Assembly (NCBI GenBank): GCA_963703345.1 | Contig: OY969814.1 | Span: 1,344,001 to 1,408,000 of the forward strand | Direction of reading: 5' to 3' | Source: an uncultured Chloroflexia bacterium | GTDB taxonomy: Bacteria; Chloroflexota; Dehalococcoidia; DSTF01; JALHUB01 | DNA: 64,000 nt | Shown here: in pieces, positions 48,789 to 58,722 of the stretch | Layout: each line of letters opens with the position of its first letter | Numbering within the stretch: position 1 is the first letter of the stretch | The notes under the pieces: model-generated | What the model saw: the letters and a program-made list of their open reading frames with translations, nothing else | What the model was told of the DNA's origin: nothing | The model's database searches: none | Program-made: the position numbers and the translations under genes

Positions 48789-49706
48789 GTGACGCAGAGT
48801 GAACTGAACGTCATCACCGGCGCCTTCGGCTACACCGGCCGCTACATCACGGAGCGATTGCTGGCGCAGGGAAAGCGCATCCGGACGCTTACCGGCCATC
48901 CGGATCGTCCCAATCCCTTCGGCGACCGTGTCGAGGCCCTCCCGTTCAACTTCGACCTCCCAGCCGAGCTTATCGAAAGCCTGCGCGGCGCAACGACTCT
49001 CTTCAACACCTACTGGGTCCGCTTCTCCCACGGCGAGACCACGTTCGATGAGGCCGTCGCCAACACGAGAACGCTGATTCGCGCCGCCGAAGAGGCGGGC
49101 GTCCGCAGAATCGTCCACGTCAGCATCACCAAGGCCTCCGAGCAGTCGCGGCTGCCCTATTTTCGCGGCAAAGGCGTGCTCGAACGGGCGATAGCGGAGT
49201 CGAAGCTGTCCTACGCCATCATCCGGCCGACGGTCATCTTTGGCAGGGAAGGCATTCTCATCAACAACATCGCCTGGCTCCTGCGGCGCTTCCCCGTCTT
49301 CGCCGTCCTGGGAAGCGGCGACTACCGCCTGCAGCCGGTCTACGTGGAGGACATGGCCGACATGGCCGTGGCGGCGGCCGAACGCAGCGGCAACGAGGTC
49401 TTCGACGCCGTGGGCCCGGAGACCTTCACCTTCGACGCGCTCGTGCGGCTGATCAGGGACAGGATCGGAAGCCGAGCCAGGATTGTCCGTCTTCCGCCCG
49501 GCCCGGCGCTCTTCCTGTCGCGCGTCGTCGGCGTGTTCGTGCGCGACGTCGTTCTTACGGCGGACGAAGTTGCCGGCCTGATGGCGGGCCTGCTCGTCTC
49601 CAGCGCTCCTCCGACCGGCCGTACCCGCCTCAGCGACTGGCTCGACGAGAACGCCTCAACCCTCGGCACGCGCTACGCCTCCGAGCTCCAGCGCCACTAT
49701 CGCTGA
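48789..49706 (+). CDS. NAD(P)-dependent epimerase / NDUFA9-like atypical SDR
   Basis: TGAFGYTG, YFRGK, IIRPT, QPVYVED. Confidence 0.85.
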   Translation: MTQSELNVITGAFGYTGRYITERLLAQGKRIRTLTGHPDRPNPFGDRVEALPFNFDLPAELIESLRGATTLFNTYWVRFSHGETTFDEAVANTRTLIRAAEEAGVRRIVHVSITKASEQSRLPYFRGKGVLERAIAESKLSYAIIRPTVIFGREGILINNIAWLLRRFPVFAVLGSGDYRLQPVYVEDMADMAVAAAERSGNEVFDAVGPETFTFDALVRLIRDRIGSRARIVRLPPGPALFLSRVVGVFVRDVVLTADEVAGLMAGLLVSSAPPTGRTRLSDWLDENASTLGTRYASELQRHYR

Positions 49707-49793
49707 CAAAACACTTGAGACTGGCGCTGCTTTCCACTAGAATGCTGACAATCGTCCTCGTTGAGCCCGTTCTCGCGTCACAGGGAGGTGGCA

Positions 49794-50159
49794 ATGGATC
49801 TCCTTCTCGGCCTGATAATCATAACTGCGTTCATCGTCGTGCCCGGTCTGCTCAACTACTTCACCAGTCGCTGGCTCGTCGGCGACGGCGGCGCGCCCGG
49901 ACGCTGGGAGCACGTGATTGCCGGCTTCATGCTGTCGTTCGTGCTGCTGACGGTCGCCGCGATGGTGACGATGTTCGTCAGCCTCGGCTTCGAGGGCCTG
50001 CGAACGCAAATCGCCGACTTCGTTCGCCTGGGTCTGCGCGGCTACGGCCAGGAAAGGCCCATCGCCCTGTCCGGCGTGCTCACGGCTCTCGCCCTGGCCG
50101 ACATGGCGATCATGACCGGGCTCGGCTGGGTCGGCATTCCCGGCGCCTATCTCAAGTGA
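49794..50159 (+). CDS. Small 3-TM hypothetical protein
   Basis: GGGAGG RBS, three hydrophobic segments. Confidence 0.7.
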   Translation: MDLLLGLIIITAFIVVPGLLNYFTSRWLVGDGGAPGRWEHVIAGFMLSFVLLTVAAMVTMFVSLGFEGLRTQIADFVRLGLRGYGQERPIALSGVLTALALADMAIMTGLGWVGIPGAYLK

Positions 50160-50225
50160 CCTCGCTGCTATCATAGATACGAGGCCGGGCAGACGGAGGT
50201 TGCCGCTGCGCCGGATGATGCTGCC

Positions 50226-51722
50226 ATGACCCCTCGCGTCCGCTTCGCCCCTAGCCCGACGGGCATCCCGCACGTCGGCAACATACGTACCGCTCTCTTC
50301 AACTGGCTGTTCGCCCGACACGAAGGCGGCCGCTTCGTGCTGCGCATCGAGGACACCGACCAGACGCGTCTCGTCTCCGATGCCCTCGACGCCATCCTCG
50401 AAAGCCTGCGCTGGCTCGGCCTCGACTGGGACGAAGGCCCGGAGGTCGGCGGGTCGTACGGTCCTTATTTCCAGTCGGAGCGGCTGGAGCGTTATCATCG
50501 CGCCGCCACCGAGCTCATCGCCGGGGACGCCGCCTATCGCTGCTACTGCTCGCCGGAGCGGCTGGAGCAGGTCCGCGCCGAGCAGACGCGTCGCAAGGAA
50601 CCGCCGCGCTACGACCGTCGCTGCCGCAATCTCGGCGAGGCGGAGTGCGCGCAGGAGGAGGGGAAGGGAACAACGCCGGTCGTGCGCTTCAAGACGCCGC
50701 TTTCCGGCCGCACGGAGTTCGACGACGCCGTCCGCGGCCGCGTCGTCTTCGAGAATGAGACGCTGGACGACTTCGTGATCCTGAAGTCGGACGGCTTTCC
50801 CACCTATCACCTGGCCAACGTCGTCGACGACAACCTGATGGAGATAAGCCACGTCCTTCGCGCCGACGAGTGGCTTCCGAGCACACCGCGCCACCTGCTG
50901 CTCTACGCCGCGCTCGGCTACGCGCCGCCGGTGTTCGCCCACCTGCCGATGATCCTGGGCACCGACCGAGCGAAGCTCAGCAAGCGGCACGGCGCCGTCT
51001 CACTGCTGGAGTACAAGCGCCAGGGCTACCTGCCGGAAGCCATGTTCAACTTCCTCGGCCTGCTCGGCTGGTCGCTGGACGACCACACGGAGGTCATCTC
51101 GCGGGAGGAGTTCATCCGCGCCTTCAGCCTGCAGCGCATCGTCAAGAACCCGGCCATCTTCGACGTCGAGAAGCTGACCTGGATGAACGGCGTCTACATT
51201 CGCCAGATTCCCGTGGAGCGACTGGCGGAGCTCCTCAGCGAACGTCTTGAAGAGGACCTGCCTCCCGAGGTTCCGCGTCCGCTCGACAGGGCCTATGTCG
51301 CTCGCATCGTGCCGCTCGTGCAGGAGCGCATCAAGCGCCTCGACGAGGCGGTGGCGCTGACGGCGTTCTTCTTCGTCGAAGGGCCGCTGGAATATCCGGC
51401 GGAGCTGTTGCTGGGTAAGCGCCCAGACGGGCGCCCGTATGGGCGCTTCGCGGCCAAGCCGGACGACGCGTCGCAGGCGCTGGCGAAGGCGATCGAGCGC
51501 CTGGAAGCCGTCGAAGATTGGCGCCACGATGTGCTGGAGGGCGTGCTGCGTCCTCTCGCCGAGGAGCTCGGCCTAAAGGCGGGCGATCTGTTCATGCTCA
51601 TTCGTGTCGCCGTCACCGGCCAGACCGCGACGCCGCCGCTGTTCGAGACGATGGAGGTCCTCGGCCGCGACCGGTCACTCGCCCGCCTCCGCGACGCCCT
51701 CCGCCGCCTCGGTCCCCCTTGA
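50226..51722 (+). CDS. gltX: Glutamate--tRNA ligase
   Basis: RFAPSPTG..HVGN, zinc knuckle, KLSKR; adjacent to tRNA-Gln and tRNA-Glu. Confidence 0.96.
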   Translation: MTPRVRFAPSPTGIPHVGNIRTALFNWLFARHEGGRFVLRIEDTDQTRLVSDALDAILESLRWLGLDWDEGPEVGGSYGPYFQSERLERYHRAATELIAGDAAYRCYCSPERLEQVRAEQTRRKEPPRYDRRCRNLGEAECAQEEGKGTTPVVRFKTPLSGRTEFDDAVRGRVVFENETLDDFVILKSDGFPTYHLANVVDDNLMEISHVLRADEWLPSTPRHLLLYAALGYAPPVFAHLPMILGTDRAKLSKRHGAVSLLEYKRQGYLPEAMFNFLGLLGWSLDDHTEVISREEFIRAFSLQRIVKNPAIFDVEKLTWMNGVYIRQIPVERLAELLSERLEEDLPPEVPRPLDRAYVARIVPLVQERIKRLDEAVALTAFFFVEGPLEYPAELLLGKRPDGRPYGRFAAKPDDASQALAKAIERLEAVEDWRHDVLEGVLRPLAEELGLKAGDLFMLIRVAVTGQTATPPLFETMEVLGRDRSLARLRDALRRLGPP

Positions 51723-51843
51723 CGCTGTGGTCGACCCTCAATGTCCCGTAGCGACGTAGCCGAGGCTTTCCACCCTCGGCGTCCACCCGCGCGCAGCTTC
51801 GGTTTACGGCCGTCCCTCCCCATGCTAAACTGGCATGGCTCGC

Positions 51844-51917
51844 TGGGGAGTCGTCTAGTGGTAGGACAGCGGACTCTGGATCCGTATGCGGGGGTTCGAA
51901 TCCTCCCTCCCCAGCCA
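51844..51917 (+). tRNA. tRNA-Gln (CTG)
   Basis: TGGGGAG...GCGGA-CTCTGGA-TCCGT...CTCCCCAGCCA. Confidence 0.95.
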
Positions 51918-51974
51918 GCTTCAGCCATCGCGCCGTTGTTGTCGGCCGAATTCGTTTCGGGCATAATTGGGAAT

Positions 51975-52051
51975 GGCGCATTCGTCTAGCGGCCCAGGAC
52001 ACCGCCCTCTCAAGGCGGAGATCGCGGGTTCGAATCCCGCATGCGCTACCA
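51975..52051 (+). tRNA. tRNA-Glu (CTC)
   Basis: GGCGCAT...CCGCC-CTCTCAA-GGCGG...ATGCGCTACCA. Confidence 0.96.
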
Positions 52052-52146
52052 AAGACGCACACGAAGGCAGGAACGGCCCCGATGCCTCCTGCCTTCTTCG
52101 CCCTCCACTCCCGGCCGCGGCCTCCGATAACATGAGGTGAACGAAC

Positions 52147-53193
52147 ATGAAGACAACCGACTTCCGCAGCGACACCGTCACCCTGCCGACGCCCGCCATG
52201 CGCGACGCCATCGCCCGCGCTGAGCTCGGCGACGACGTCTACCACGAAGACCCCACCGTCAACCGCCTGCAACGCATGGCCGCCGATATGCTGGGCAAAG
52301 AGGACGCTCTCTTTGTCGCCAGCGGCACGATGGCCAACGTGGTCGCCGTCCTCACGCACTGCGAGGCGGATGACCGCCTGCTCGTCGGCAGCGAGGCGCA
52401 CATCCATTACTACGAAGGCGACGGCATGCGCCGACTAGCCGGCGTGGACATCCGCACGCTCCCCAACGACGCTCACGGCCGCATAGAGCCGTCGGCGCTG
52501 GAGGAAACGCTCTGGGAGAGCGAAGGTAAGCCCATCGATCTCGTCTGCCTGGAGAACACCCACATGCGCTGCGGCGGCGTGACTCTGAGCGCTGCTTACA
52601 CGTCCAAGATCGCCTCCGTCGCGCATGACCGCGGCGTGCCGCTGCACCTCGACGGCGCCCGCATCTTCAACGCCGCGGTTGCCCAGGGCGTGCCGGCGGC
52701 CTCGCTGGCGGAGGACGTCGACTCCCTGATGTTCTGCCTGTCGAAGGGGCTCGCCTGCCCGGTCGGGTCGATTCTCTGCGGCAGCGCCGAGTTCATCGCC
52801 CTCGCCCGGCAGTCGCGGAAGCTGGTCGGCGGCGGGATGCGGCAGGCCGGCGTGCTGGCGGCGCCCGGAGTCGTCGCCCTGGAGTCGATGATCGACCGGC
52901 TCGCCGAGGACCATGCCAACGCCCGTATTCTCGCCGAGGGGCTTGCCGGCTTGCCCGGCGTAACCATCGACCTGCCAGCCGTCGAGACCAACATAGTCAT
53001 CTTCACCGTCGAAACCGGAGCGCCGCCGTTCCTCGCCGCGATTGCCGAGGAAGGCATTCTCGCCCTGCCGGTTGGGCCGGATAGGGTGCGAATGATAACG
53101 CACTGCGACATATCGCGCGCAGATGTCGAGGAGGCCCTGGAGCGCATGGAGCGCGTTCTCCGTCGCGGCAACGTGGAGCAGGCCGCCGGCTAG
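52147..53193 (+). CDS. ltaE: Low-specificity L-threonine aldolase
   Basis: DFRSDTVT, SGTMAN, LENTH, HLDGAR, CLSKGL. Confidence 0.92.
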   Translation: MKTTDFRSDTVTLPTPAMRDAIARAELGDDVYHEDPTVNRLQRMAADMLGKEDALFVASGTMANVVAVLTHCEADDRLLVGSEAHIHYYEGDGMRRLAGVDIRTLPNDAHGRIEPSALEETLWESEGKPIDLVCLENTHMRCGGVTLSAAYTSKIASVAHDRGVPLHLDGARIFNAAVAQGVPAASLAEDVDSLMFCLSKGLACPVGSILCGSAEFIALARQSRKLVGGGMRQAGVLAAPGVVALESMIDRLAEDHANARILAEGLAGLPGVTIDLPAVETNIVIFTVETGAPPFLAAIAEEGILALPVGPDRVRMITHCDISRADVEEALERMERVLRRGNVEQAAG

Positions 53194-53269
53194 ACCAACC
53201 GCTCGCCTTAAGCATCCTGCGTTTCTCACGGTTTCGCCCACTAATCTCGCCGTAACTGGCCCTTCAGCC

Positions 53270-53396
53270 CGTCGTTCCAGGGGAGTCCAGAGGGGGCTCG
53301 CCCCCTTTGGCAGCCGAAGGTCCGCCTCTGGAGGAGGTTCCAGGGGTGTCCCCTTGAACGAAGGGACTTTGCTAGGGCGGGCTGGGTGGGAAGAGG
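53270..53396. repeat. G/C-run-rich palindromic intergenic element (REP/MITE-like)
   Basis: AGGGGG-ctcg-CCCCCT and AGGGG-tgt-CCCCT hairpins; GTTCCAGGGG at 53274 and 53337. Confidence 0.4.
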
Positions 53397-53516
53397 ATCG
53401 TCAATGTTAACGCAAGCGGCCGCCGGCACCACGCAGCGTGACCGCCTTCGACGTCGCGATCTGTGCGGCCCGCGCCGCCCGCGCCAGGGCGGCATAGCGG
53501 TGCTATAATCTCATCG

Positions 53517-56297
53517 ATGACCTCTTCTGAAGAGAAGCCTCTCCTTGTGATTCTCGACGGGCACGGAATCATTCACCGCGCCTATCATGCCTTCAAAGAG
53601 CCGCTCATCATCCGGCGGACCGGCGAGGTGGTGACCGCGGTCTACGGCCTTGCCAACACGCTGCTCAGCGTCCTCGAACAGCTCAACCCGACGCACATCG
53701 CCATCGCCCTCGACCCGCGCGGCCCAACCTTCCGCCACGAGCTCGACATAACGTACAAAGCGCAACGAGTCGCCGCGCCGGAAGACCTGACGTCGCAGAT
53801 CGGCCGCTGCATCGAGGTCATCGAAGCGTTCAACATCCCCATCTTCCGCGTTCCGGGCTTCGAGGCCGACGACGCGCTCGGCACCCTGGCGCGGCAGGCG
53901 GAAGAGAAGGACGTCGACACCTTCGTCGTTAGCCTGGACAGCGACATGGTGCAGCTCGTCGGGCCGCGCGTCCGCGTCTTCATGTTCCGGCCCTACCAGC
54001 GTGACACCGTGACCTACGACGAGCAGGCTGTGCGCGAACGCTACGGCTTCGAACCGCGACAGATGCCCGATTTCAAGGGCCTCAAAGGCGACGTTTCCGA
54101 CAACATTCCCGGCGTCCCGGGCATCGGCGAGAAGACGGCCGTCCGCCTGATCCAGCAGTTCGGCAGCCTGGAAAGCATCTACGAGCACATCGACGAAGTG
54201 GAGCCGGAGAAGCTGCGCGAGCTGCTGCGCACGCACGAAGCGCAGGCCCGCCACAGCAAGCAGATGGCGACCATCCGCACCGACGTGCCGATAACGCTCG
54301 ACCTCCAGGCGGCGCACCGGAAGCGCTTCGACCGCCAGAAGGTGCTGGACATCTTCCGCGAGCTGGAGTTCCGCAGCCTCATTCCGCGCATCCCCGAGTC
54401 GGGCGCCGAGGCTCCGGTGGAAGCGCTGCCGGCGCCGGAGGTGGCGGGCCCGGTGGAATACCACACCATTTTCACGGAGGACGACCTTCGCTCTCTCGCG
54501 CAGAGACTCCGCACGGCCGGCGCCTTCACTATCGACACGGAGACCGACGACATTCTGCCGATGCGCGCGCCCCTGGTCGGCATGTCCTTCTCGCCGGCGC
54601 CCGGGGAAGCGTACTACATCCCCGTCGGCCATCAGCCAGCGCTCGGCCAGCCGGAGCAACTGCCGCTCGCGATGGTGCTTGCCCATCTGGGCCCGCTCCT
54701 GGAGGACGAATCGCTGTCGAAGACGGCGCACAACGGCAAGTTCGACATGGTGGTGCTGGCGAACCACGGTGGCAACGTCCGCGGTTTTGCCTTCGACACG
54801 ATGATCGCCGCCTATCTCCTCGGCGAAGGCGGCAGCGCGGCCGGCGCTTCGCCCGTCGGCGGCGGCTCGCTGAGCCTGAAGTGGCTCGTCTCCAAGCGCC
54901 TGGGCATCGAGATGACGCCGATCACCGACCTCATCGGCAAGGCGGGCGCGAAGCAGCTGCCGATGAGCGCCGTCCCGATCGAGCAGGTCAGCCGCTACGC
55001 CTGCGCCGACGCCGACCTGGCGGGTCGCCTGCGCGGCGTCCTGGAGGAGGAGCTGAAGCGACAGAACCTGTGGAAGCTCTTCGCCGAAGTCGAGATGCCG
55101 CTCCTGCCGGTGCTGGCGCGAATGGAGATGACGGGCATCGCCCTCGACGTCAGCGTTCTCCGCGAGCTGTCGCAGCAACTCAGCGGCCAGATCGCTACGC
55201 TGGAGCGTGCAATCTACGACGCCGTCGGCCATGAGTTCACCATCGCTTCACCGCAGCAGTTATCCGACATCCTCTTCCGCGAGCTCGCCCTGCCGAAGCC
55301 GGCGCGTCGCACCAAGCAGGGCTACGTCACCGATGCGCTCGTGCTGGAGTCGCTGCGCGGTGTCCACCCAGTCGTCGACCTCATCCTCCAGTACCGCCAG
55401 CTCACAAAGCTGAAGTCGACCTACATCGACACCTTGCCCGGGCTGGTCAATCCGAAGACGAACCGCGTCCACACCAGCTTCAACCAGACGGTCGCCGCCA
55501 CCGGCCGCCTGTCCTCCAACGACCCGAACCTCCAGAACATACCGATTCGCTCGGAGCTGGGCGGACAGGTGCGCGCCGCCTTCATCGCCCGCGACATCGG
55601 GCCGGAGCCGCGACTCCTCGGCGCCGACTACTCGCAGGTCGAGCTGCGCATTCTTGCCCACCTCTGCGGCGACCCGCTGCTCGTGCACGCCTTCCGCGAG
55701 GACGAGGACATCCATGCGGCCACGGCGTCGGAGGTATTCGGTGTGGCGCTGGCGGAGGTCACGGCCGAGATGCGGCGTCGCGCCAAGGTCTTCAACTTCG
55801 GCGTCCTCTACGGCCTCACCGGCTTCGGTCTTTCCCAGCGCGAGGGCATCTCCCGCGAAGACGCGTCCCACTTCATAGCTACCTACTTCGAGCGCTATCC
55901 GCGGGTGAAGGAGTGGCGCGAGAAGGCGGTTGCCGACGCCCGCGCCAAGGGCTACGCCGAAACGATGATGGGCCGCCGGCGCTACGTTCCCGAGATCCAC
56001 GCCAGCAACCCGATGGTGCGCGCCGCCGCCGAGCGCATCGCCATAAACATGCCGATCCAGGGCACCGCGTCGGACGTTATCAAGGTCGCCATGAACCGCA
56101 TCGACGCCGAGCTGACGGAGCGCGGCCTGCGCTCGAAGATGCTGCTCCAGGTGCACGACGAGCTCATCTTCGAAGGTCCGCTGGCCGAGATGGACGTGCT
56201 GCGGGAGATCGTCCTGCGCCTCATGCCCGCTCCCCTCGATCTCGACGTGCCGCTGAAGATCGACGTCAAGGTCGGCAAGAACTGGGGTGAAATCTAG
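53517..56297 (+). CDS. polA: DNA polymerase I
   Basis: 5'-3' exonuclease, IDTETD proofreading motif, TGRLSS, ADYSQVELR, QVHDE. Confidence 0.97.
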   Translation: MTSSEEKPLLVILDGHGIIHRAYHAFKEPLIIRRTGEVVTAVYGLANTLLSVLEQLNPTHIAIALDPRGPTFRHELDITYKAQRVAAPEDLTSQIGRCIEVIEAFNIPIFRVPGFEADDALGTLARQAEEKDVDTFVVSLDSDMVQLVGPRVRVFMFRPYQRDTVTYDEQAVRERYGFEPRQMPDFKGLKGDVSDNIPGVPGIGEKTAVRLIQQFGSLESIYEHIDEVEPEKLRELLRTHEAQARHSKQMATIRTDVPITLDLQAAHRKRFDRQKVLDIFRELEFRSLIPRIPESGAEAPVEALPAPEVAGPVEYHTIFTEDDLRSLAQRLRTAGAFTIDTETDDILPMRAPLVGMSFSPAPGEAYYIPVGHQPALGQPEQLPLAMVLAHLGPLLEDESLSKTAHNGKFDMVVLANHGGNVRGFAFDTMIAAYLLGEGGSAAGASPVGGGSLSLKWLVSKRLGIEMTPITDLIGKAGAKQLPMSAVPIEQVSRYACADADLAGRLRGVLEEELKRQNLWKLFAEVEMPLLPVLARMEMTGIALDVSVLRELSQQLSGQIATLERAIYDAVGHEFTIASPQQLSDILFRELALPKPARRTKQGYVTDALVLESLRGVHPVVDLILQYRQLTKLKSTYIDTLPGLVNPKTNRVHTSFNQTVAATGRLSSNDPNLQNIPIRSELGGQVRAAFIARDIGPEPRLLGADYSQVELRILAHLCGDPLLVHAFREDEDIHAATASEVFGVALAEVTAEMRRRAKVFNFGVLYGLTGFGLSQREGISREDASHFIATYFERYPRVKEWREKAVADARAKGYAETMMGRRRYVPEIHASNPMVRAAAERIAINMPIQGTASDVIKVAMNRIDAELTERGLRSKMLLQVHDELIFEGPLAEMDVLREIVLRLMPAPLDLDVPLKIDVKVGKNWGEI

Positions 56298-56324
56298 CCA
56301 ATCCTTGGGGGAGGTTGCGCCTCG

Positions 56325-57077
56325 ATGTACGAGGAACATCCAATATTCGAGAAACCAACCGATGAAAACGCAGCCATATGGCGCTATCTGGACTTTACCA
56401 AGCTAGTGTCGCTGCTGGACAGGCAAGCGCTGTTCTTCGCTCGGGCAGATACCCTGTCTGACCCATTTGAACGTTCATTACCGAAAGAGAGCGTAAGGCT
56501 TCGCCCCGTCGTCTACAAGGATATTCCGAAAGAGTCGTTGGACAAGATGCTGGCAACATTGGCGTCCCTTCACAGGGACATTAGGAAATTCGTACTCTTG
56601 AACTGCTGGCATATGAGTGAGAATGAGTCCGCCGCGATGTGGAGCCTACACCTCAAGAGCGATGAGGGCGTCGCCATTCGCTCCAGCTTCAAGAGGTTAA
56701 GCGAGTCTTTCAAGGCATGTGAGGCGCACCGCGTTTACATCGGCAAAGTTGAGTACATCGACTATCAGACGGATTGGCTCCCTGAAGCGACCGCCTTCAA
56801 CCCGTTTCTGCACAAGAGGAAGAGCTTCCAGCACGAGCGCGAGCTGAGGGCCGTAATTCTGAATCTTCCGGTCGAAGGTGCTACAGTCGATTTGCGGAAA
56901 CAGCCGGTTGAACTGGGAGCGTATGTTCCCGTCGATCTGGAGTTGCTTGCTAGCAGCGTCTATGTGGCGCCAACGGCATCTTCGTGGTTCTTGGACCTCG
57001 TGACGTCGGTGACGCAAAAGTACGGCTTCAACAAGGACGTGTTGCGCTCCGAACTGGATCAAGATCCCGTGTACTAG
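56325..57077 (+). CDS. DUF2971-like protein, lower GC
   Basis: IWRYLDF.K, D.FE, NCWH...ESAAMW, GVAI, V.YI, KRKSF.HE.ELR. Confidence 0.7.
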   Translation: MYEEHPIFEKPTDENAAIWRYLDFTKLVSLLDRQALFFARADTLSDPFERSLPKESVRLRPVVYKDIPKESLDKMLATLASLHRDIRKFVLLNCWHMSENESAAMWSLHLKSDEGVAIRSSFKRLSESFKACEAHRVYIGKVEYIDYQTDWLPEATAFNPFLHKRKSFQHERELRAVILNLPVEGATVDLRKQPVELGAYVPVDLELLASSVYVAPTASSWFLDLVTSVTQKYGFNKDVLRSELDQDPVY

Positions 57078-57116
57078 TTCCGGGCCCCGTACCGGCGACC
57101 CTAATTGGCCCCAGCT

Positions 57117-57938
57117 ATGCCCGAACTCCCTGAAGTCGAAACGATTCGCCGCGACCTGCTCCCCCACGTCGTCGGGCGTACCATCACCGGCGTGCGCGTC
57201 GCGCCCGGTGCCGAGCGCGTCATCCGCGGCGACGTCGCCTTCGCTCGACGCCTCGCCGGCCGCCGCATCGACGACCTCCTCCGTCGCGGCAAGTACTTAC
57301 TGCTTCGCCTCGACAGCAAAGGAAGGCCGCTCTTCCTCGCCGTCCACCTGCGCATGACCGGCTCCCTGCTCTACCGGCGCTCCGGCGACCCGCCCGACGC
57401 CTATGTCCGAGCCGTCATCGCCCTCGACGACGGCTCAGAGCTGCGCTACGCTGACCTGCGCAAGCTCGGCCGGCTCTGGCTCGCCGATTCGCCGGAAGAG
57501 GCGACCGGGCGCCTCGGACCGGAGCCGCTCGACGCTTCGTTCACGGCCGCAAAGCTGCGCGACACGCTGTCGGGCCGGCGCGCTCCGATCAAGGCGGTCC
57601 TGCTCGACCAGCGGGCCATCGCCGGTATCGGCAACATCTACGCCGACGAGGCGCTTTTCGCCGCCCGCATCCATCCGCGTCGACTCGCCGCCGGCCTGTC
57701 CGACGCGGAAGTGACGCGACTGCACCGCGCCGTGCGACGCGTCCTCAACGACGCCCTGGGCAACCGCGGCTCCTCCTTCCGCGACTACGTCGACGCCGCC
57801 GGTCGCGAGGGGCGACACCAGTTGCGGGTGAAGGTCTTTCGTCGGACGGGGCAGCCGTGCTATGTTTGCCGGACGGAGATAGCTCGCATCAAAGTGGGCG
57901 GCCGGAGCACGCACTTCTGCCCCCACTGCCAGCCGTAA
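57117..57938 (+). CDS. mutM: Formamidopyrimidine-DNA glycosylase
   Basis: MPELPEVE, RRGKY, HLRMTG, GIGNIYADE, C4 zinc finger. Confidence 0.97.
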   Translation: MPELPEVETIRRDLLPHVVGRTITGVRVAPGAERVIRGDVAFARRLAGRRIDDLLRRGKYLLLRLDSKGRPLFLAVHLRMTGSLLYRRSGDPPDAYVRAVIALDDGSELRYADLRKLGRLWLADSPEEATGRLGPEPLDASFTAAKLRDTLSGRRAPIKAVLLDQRAIAGIGNIYADEALFAARIHPRRLAAGLSDAEVTRLHRAVRRVLNDALGNRGSSFRDYVDAAGREGRHQLRVKVFRRTGQPCYVCRTEIARIKVGGRSTHFCPHCQP

Positions 57939-57958
57939 GATCGGTTTGGGAGGCGGCC

Positions 57959-58720
57959 ATGCCATCACCAAGTTACCGCGAGACCGAGATAGCCATTCTG
58001 TCAGTAGTCGAAGAAGCGGGGGGCTCGGCAAAGCCGAGCGACGTCTATCCTGCCGTAACGGCCCGGTTTCCGAAGTTGACGGACGATGACATGCGAAGCG
58101 CGTTGCCGTCGGGTGGAAACCGATGGGCCAACCGAATCCAATGGGCCAGGCAGAGTCTCGTCGTTTCCGGCCAGCTCAACCGAAAGCCCCGCGGCTTGTG
58201 GTGTATTACCGACGCCGGGCGAGCGAGGCTTAAGAAAGAGGGAAGCCTTGCGGTGCGACCTGCCTCGGTGACACGAGTCGGCGAGTCGCCTGTCGTCGAA
58301 CTTCAGCAAGAGAATCTGCACCGACAGCTTCAGAAGAAACTTCAGGAAATTGGCCACATTCTGGGCAAATTTTGCGTGTCCGAGTATCCAGAAGGACCCT
58401 ATCAATACGACGTGGTCTGGAAGGAAGACCAGAACCTCGCCAGGGCTAGCCACGTTTTCGAGATCCAACATCACGGGAACTTGGCCGACGCCCTGCTGAA
58501 ACTGAAGCATGCGCACGACGTATGGAGGTCTCGTCTTTTCCTGGTTGTGACCGGCGAAAAGGACCGCCGGAGAGTGGATCAGATTCTTGGGCCCCTTTTT
58601 TCCGGCGTATTCCATGAAATCCGGTCCGACACAATCCCACTGACACCGGAAGAGGTTGACGAACTTCATGACCTTCTGAAAAGCCACGAGCAAATGCTTC
58701 GCCAGATGCTTAGCAGCTAG
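57959..58720 (+). CDS. Mrr N-terminal winged-helix domain fused to a putative PD-(D/E)XK nuclease
   Basis: SG.NRW.NRIQWAR..L...G......RGLW.IT..G, then H...Q...E...DVVW...FEIQ. Confidence 0.7.
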   Translation: MPSPSYRETEIAILSVVEEAGGSAKPSDVYPAVTARFPKLTDDDMRSALPSGGNRWANRIQWARQSLVVSGQLNRKPRGLWCITDAGRARLKKEGSLAVRPASVTRVGESPVVELQQENLHRQLQKKLQEIGHILGKFCVSEYPEGPYQYDVVWKEDQNLARASHVFEIQHHGNLADALLKLKHAHDVWRSRLFLVVTGEKDRRRVDQILGPLFSGVFHEIRSDTIPLTPEEVDELHDLLKSHEQMLRQMLSS

Positions 58721-58722
58721 TC

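Noticed and set aside
46179-52051. Island integrated at the tRNA genes
   Set aside because: No integrase, no duplicated tRNA 3' end, and the intervening genes are housekeeping
53511-56339. Long minus-strand ORFs opposite polA (likewise opposite pilB, dxs, gltX, pfkA)
   Set aside because: Typical high-GC antisense shadows with no recognisable motifs
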